Assembly (NCBI GenBank): GCA_023701285.1
Contig: JAMPXH010000005.1
Span: 2,240 to 66,239 of the forward strand
Direction: 5' to 3'
Origin: Candidatus Didemnitutus sp.
GTDB lineage: Bacteria; Verrucomicrobiota; Verrucomicrobiia; Opitutales; Opitutaceae
Length of the DNA stretch: 64,000 nucleotides
Position numbers and translations under genes: made by a program. The notes beneath the pieces are model-generated. The model had not been told where the DNA came from. It saw only the letters and a program-made list of their open reading frames with translations, and did not search any database. Shown in pieces: positions 59,895 through 64,000 of the stretch (within the stretch, counting starts at the first letter, position 1; the number at the start of each line of letters is the position of its first letter).

Positions 59895-60314
59895 ATGAAG
59901 CCGCCTCCGCCCAACGCCAACACGAACAAGATCGTCGTCCTGTTGCTCGCCTGGTTCGTCTTTTTCGGCACCGCCGGCCTCGCCGCCGTCGCCATGCGCC
60001 AGGAGATTTTCCGCACCGCCAACCAGAACCGCGTCATCGAGGGCGAGCTGGCCGACGTCACCCGCAAGCTCGACGAGATCCGCGCGCAGATCGCCGCGGC
60101 CGAGAGCGTGCAGGCTCTCCTCGACCGGAACCAGACCATGCGCCTCGCGCTCGCGACCCCGCAGGAGCGCCAGGTCGTGCGCGTCGGCAGCGATCCGTCC
60201 ATCGAGCTCGCGCGCAAGCGCAATGCCGAGTCCCTCCTCCTTTCCAGCGCCGCGGGGGAAAACCTGGGCAACACCTTCGCGGTCCGCTTCGAGCGCGCCT
60301 CCTACCGCCGCTGA
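59895..60314 (+). CDS. ftsL: FtsL-like cell division protein
   Basis: Short cytoplasmic tail, one TM, then a coiled coil; occupies the canonical slot between rsmH and ftsI. Confidence 0.65.
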   Translation: MKPPPPNANTNKIVVLLLAWFVFFGTAGLAAVAMRQEIFRTANQNRVIEGELADVTRKLDEIRAQIAAAESVQALLDRNQTMRLALATPQERQVVRVGSDPSIELARKRNAESLLLSSAAGENLGNTFAVRFERASYRR

Positions 60315-60317
60315 TCC

Positions 60318-62120
60318 ATGTCGAAGGGCTTCGCCTCCAATCTTCGGATGACGCTGCTGGCCGCGGGCGTGCTCGTGGCTTTCTGCGCCGTTGGCGTGCG
60401 CCTGGTCTACCTCCACGTGCTCGACCGGGAGGAGTTGCTCAAATTCGTCGACAAGGCCCGCCGCCAGATCGTCGTCGAGCATGCCCGCCGCGGCGCGCTG
60501 CTCGATACCAAGGGCAACGTGCTCGCGACCTCGCGGTCCTACATCGTGCTCGGCGCCGACCCAGAGATGCTCCGCGAGGAGGACACCGCCAAGTGGGGTG
60601 ATCTCGCGCGCCTCACCGGGATCAATTTCCTCGAACTCGACCGCACGCTCCGCACCAGCATGGCCGCGGCCAAGCTCGCGCGCGCCGCCACCGATCCGGC
60701 GACGAAGGCCAAGCGCGTCCGCTACGTGAAGCTCGCCGACGAAGTCGATGAGCGCATCTACGACGCCATCGCCGATCTCGGCATCCGCGGCGTCTATGGC
60801 ACGCGCGGCTACAAACGCGTCTACCCCGGCGGCCAGCTCGCCGCCCACGTGCTCGGTTACATCAACAAGGAGAACACGCCTGTCACCGGCGCCGAGAAGC
60901 ACTTCGACCTTTTCCTCAAGGGGCAGGACGGCTGGATCGAGTCCGAGCGCGACGGCCATCGCCGCGAGTTGGCGCAGTTCCGCACCCGCGAGGTCCAGCC
61001 CGTCGACGGCTACGACGTCGTCCTCACCATCGACTCCGTCGTCCAGAACATCATCGAGCGCGAACTCGCCACCATCGCCGCGAAATACGGCCCGAAGTTC
61101 GCCACCATCATCGTCAGTGATCCGCAGACCGGCGCGATTCTCGGCATGGCGAACTACCCGAGCTACGACCTGAACAACTTCGCCAAGGCGCCCCTCGACC
61201 ATCAGCGCAACAACGCCGTCACCGACGTCATCGAGCCCGGTTCCACCTTCAAGATCGTCGCCGCTGGCGGCGCGTTGAACGAGGGCGTCGTCACGCCGTT
61301 CAGCACCTTCGACTGCGACCAGCAGACCGTCTTCGTCAACGGCAAGGAGCGCAAGCTGCCCAAGGAGGACCACCCGATGGGCGTCCTCAACGTCGCGCAG
61401 ATCGTCGGCAAATCCAGCAACCGCGGCGCGGCCCACCTCGCCATGAAGCTCGGCGACCAGCGCTACTACGAATACGTGAAGGCCTTCGGCTTCGGCGAGC
61501 CGACCCGCTTCGGCCTCGGCGGCGAAGTGCGCGGCCTCCTCGAGGAGCCGAAACGCTGGGACGGCCTCACCATCACCCGCATGCCCATGGGCCACGCGGT
61601 CGCCGCCACTCCCCTGCAGATCCATATGGCCATGAGCGCCGTCGCCAACGGCGGCGCTCTTCTGCGCCCCCAGATCATCCGCGAAGTCCGCGACCAGCAG
61701 GGCAACCTGGTCCGCGCCATCGCGCCCGAGAAGCGCGCCCAAGTCCTCAAGCCCAGCGTCGCCGCCGAGCTCGCGCACATGCTGCACGGCGTCATGCAGG
61801 AAGGCGGCACCGGCGCCGGCTTCGACGTCGAGGGCTTCGAGATCGCGGGCAAGACCGGCACGACGCAGAAGATCGTCGACGGCCGCTATGTGAACAACCG
61901 CCACGTCGCTTCCTTCGTCGGCTTCTTCCCGGCCAGCCGCCCGCAGGTCGTCCTCTCCGTCATCGTCGACGATGCCCGCGTCCCCGGCGGCACCGCCTAC
62001 GGCCGCGCCGTCTCCGCGCCCGCCTTCAAGAGCGTGGCCGAACAACTCATCCAGTATCTCGAAATCAAGCCCGTCGCTCCCACGCGCAACATGCTCGCCC
62101 TGACTGGAGGTGTCCGATGA
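60318..62120 (+). CDS. ftsI: Class B penicillin-binding protein (FtsI/PBP3)
   Basis: RRGALLD, EPGSTFK (SxxK), SSN (SxN) and KTGT. Confidence 0.93.
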   Translation: MSKGFASNLRMTLLAAGVLVAFCAVGVRLVYLHVLDREELLKFVDKARRQIVVEHARRGALLDTKGNVLATSRSYIVLGADPEMLREEDTAKWGDLARLTGINFLELDRTLRTSMAAAKLARAATDPATKAKRVRYVKLADEVDERIYDAIADLGIRGVYGTRGYKRVYPGGQLAAHVLGYINKENTPVTGAEKHFDLFLKGQDGWIESERDGHRRELAQFRTREVQPVDGYDVVLTIDSVVQNIIERELATIAAKYGPKFATIIVSDPQTGAILGMANYPSYDLNNFAKAPLDHQRNNAVTDVIEPGSTFKIVAAGGALNEGVVTPFSTFDCDQQTVFVNGKERKLPKEDHPMGVLNVAQIVGKSSNRGAAHLAMKLGDQRYYEYVKAFGFGEPTRFGLGGEVRGLLEEPKRWDGLTITRMPMGHAVAATPLQIHMAMSAVANGGALLRPQIIREVRDQQGNLVRAIAPEKRAQVLKPSVAAELAHMLHGVMQEGGTGAGFDVEGFEIAGKTGTTQKIVDGRYVNNRHVASFVGFFPASRPQVVLSVIVDDARVPGGTAYGRAVSAPAFKSVAEQLIQYLEIKPVAPTRNMLALTGGVR

Positions 62121-63706
62121 TCGGCTACCTCACGCCCAACTATCCTCTCGTCGCCGCGTTCCGCTCCCTGCCGGCCACCCGCCGGCGCCCCGCCGACCGC
62201 GTCAGCCAGAAAATCTTCAAAATGGCTCCCAAGCTCACCGATTACTTCAACGACGACGAAATCGTCGCGAGCAAGGGCGACCTCGATCGCCCCATCTCCG
62301 GACTCGCCATGGACAGCCGGCGCGTCATGCACGGCAACCTCTTCTTCGCCCTCCCGGGCCGCCGCGCCGACGGCAACCTCTTCATCGACGAGGCCATCGC
62401 CCGCGGCGCCGTCGCCATCGTGGCGGAGAAGATCCCCGCCGTCACCTCCGCGCGCGTCACCTACATCCAGGTGACCGACGCCCGCCGCGCGCTCGGCCGC
62501 GTTTCGCAGCGCTTCTTCAAGTTCCCCGACAAGTCGCTCGAGCTGATCGGTGTCACTGGCACCAACGGCAAGACCACCGTCACCAATCTCGCCAAGCACC
62601 TCCTCGCCACCTCGCAGCAGCGCGTCGGCCTCATCGGCACCGTGAACTACGACCTCGGTGCGCGCATCGTGCCCTCGTATCGCACCACGCCCGAGTCGCT
62701 GGAACTCTTCGGTATGCTCGCGCAGATGCGCGACGCCGGCTGCCGCCAGGCCGTGATGGAAGTCAGCTCCCACGGCATCGACCAATACCGCGTGCTCGGC
62801 ATGCAGTTTGCCGTCGCCGTGTTCACCAACCTCACGCGCGACCACCTCGACTACCACGGCACGATGGAGGCCTATTTCGAGGTGAAGTCCCGTCTCTTCA
62901 ACGGCGGCGTCGGCACCGCGCCCCGTGCGGCCGCGATCAACGTCGACGACGCCTACGGCCGCCGTCTCGTCGCCGAGGCGCCGCAGGGCCTGAAGATCGT
63001 CACCTTCGGCGAAGCACCCGACGCCTTGGTGCGCGCCGAGAACGTGAAGCTCAATTTCAAGAGCACCTCGCTCACGCTCGTCTGGCCCGAGGGCCGGCTC
63101 GATATCGAAAGCCCGCTCATCGGCCGCTACAATCTCAGCAACCTCCTCGCGGCCTTCGCCGCGTGTTATGCGCTCGGTCGTCTGCCGGACGTCATCGCTC
63201 CGCGCCTGAAGAGCTTCGGCGGCGTGCCCGGCCGCATGGAGCGCATCGAGGAAGGCCAGCCTTACAACGTGCTCGTCGACTACGCGCACACCGACGACGC
63301 GCTCCGCAACGCGCTCGCCATGCTCCGCGCCATCACGCCCGGCCGCCTCTTCGTCGTCTTCGGGTGCGGCGGCAACCGCGACCGCACCAAGCGCCCGCTC
63401 ATGACCGCCGCCGTGCAGGAGTTCGCCGATTTCGCGTGGGCCACCGCCGACAACCCGCGCTCGGAGCAGCTCGTGCAGATCTTCGGCGACATGAAGACCG
63501 GCGTGAAGGACGAGGCGAAGATCGCCTTCGTCGACGACCGCCGCCGCGCCCTCAGCCTCGCGCTCGACGCGGCCCGCGAAGGCGACTGCGTGCTCGTCGC
63601 CGGCAAGGGCCACGAGACCTACCAGGAATTCGCCGACACCATCGTTCCCTTCGACGACCGTCAGGTCGTGCGCGAACTCATCGGCATCAAATCCCTCAAA
63701 TCGTAA
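62117..63706 (+). CDS. murE: UDP-MurNAc-dipeptide:meso-DAP ligase
   Basis: GVTGTNGKTT, TTPES, MEVSSH, NLTRDHLDYH, VDYAHT, DNPR (DAP specificity) and GKGHE. Confidence 0.96.
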   Translation: MIGYLTPNYPLVAAFRSLPATRRRPADRVSQKIFKMAPKLTDYFNDDEIVASKGDLDRPISGLAMDSRRVMHGNLFFALPGRRADGNLFIDEAIARGAVAIVAEKIPAVTSARVTYIQVTDARRALGRVSQRFFKFPDKSLELIGVTGTNGKTTVTNLAKHLLATSQQRVGLIGTVNYDLGARIVPSYRTTPESLELFGMLAQMRDAGCRQAVMEVSSHGIDQYRVLGMQFAVAVFTNLTRDHLDYHGTMEAYFEVKSRLFNGGVGTAPRAAAINVDDAYGRRLVAEAPQGLKIVTFGEAPDALVRAENVKLNFKSTSLTLVWPEGRLDIESPLIGRYNLSNLLAAFAACYALGRLPDVIAPRLKSFGGVPGRMERIEEGQPYNVLVDYAHTDDALRNALAMLRAITPGRLFVVFGCGGNRDRTKRPLMTAAVQEFADFAWATADNPRSEQLVQIFGDMKTGVKDEAKIAFVDDRRRALSLALDAAREGDCVLVAGKGHETYQEFADTIVPFDDRQVVRELIGIKSLKS

Positions 63707-63747
63707 ACGCGCCCGGCGCCATCGCGCGCCTCGCCGCCCCGTGCTCC

Positions 63748-64000
63748 ATGCCACGCTTCAACCCGGACGCTCTCGCGCGCTGGACCGCCGGCCGGTGGTC
63801 CCGTCCGCCGGTGCAACCGCTCGCCGGCTTCAACCAGGACACCCGCACGCTCACCGCGGGCCAGGTGTTCGTGGCGTTGAAGACGGAGAAGCGCGACGGA
63901 CACGATTTTCTCGCCGAGGCTCAGGCGAAGGGCGCCGCCGCCGCGCTCGTCAGCCGTGAAGTCGCCGGCACAGACCTGCCGCAACTCGTCACGGCCGATG
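63748..64000 (+). CDS. murF: UDP-MurNAc-tripeptide:D-Ala-D-Ala ligase, 5' part (truncated by the window edge)
   Basis: Translated by hand: MPRFNPDALARWTAGRW...DTRTLTAGQVFVALKTEKRDGHDFLAEAQAKGAAAALV; follows murE. Confidence 0.88.
   Translation, partial: MPRFNPDALARWTAGRWSRPPVQPLAGFNQDTRTLTAGQVFVALKTEKRDGHDFLAEAQAKGAAAALVSREVAGTDLPQLVTAD

Noticed and set aside
59700-63754. Long minus-strand ORFs (781 and 585 aa) over ftsI/murE
   Set aside because: Antisense shadows with no recognisable motifs; the plus-strand genes are unambiguous.

Overview
High-GC bacterial chromosomal window, most likely Opitutaceae/Verrucomicrobiota (inferred from the PEP-CTERM autotransporter-repeat protein, gene styles and dcw cluster; not verified by search). 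From left to right: (1) the edge of an integrative element, with a tyrosine integrase running off the window, a tRNA(Cys-like) 3' fragment as att site, a second integrase remnant, a higBA toxin-antitoxin pair and a decayed mobile-element ORF; (2) an exported ORFan, an orphan PAS histidine kinase, an MFS transporter, an HTH-MBL hydrolase, a DUF1080 protein and a strongly structured intergenic element; (3) tolC, a marR-acrA-acrB-oprM type RND efflux operon and a divergent lysR plus lactate-2-monooxygenase-like gene that carries an in-frame REP-like palindrome; (4) a 14.4-kb gene for a ~4,786-aa PEP-CTERM surface protein, preceded by a 9-12-9 direct repeat and a LytS/LytTR two-component pair; (5) tyrA-aroA-cmk-plsC; (6) an FGE-like membrane protein, EVE, a small membrane ORF, PIN/TRAM, a nuclease-helicase, recO, DUF502 and DUF971; (7) an esterase and acyl-CoA ligase divergent from a TonB receptor and PL7 lyase, then a LacI regulator and OMPLA; (8) the start of the dcw cluster (mraZ-rsmH-ftsL-ftsI-murE-murF). 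All calls come from reading motifs by eye; no database searches were run.
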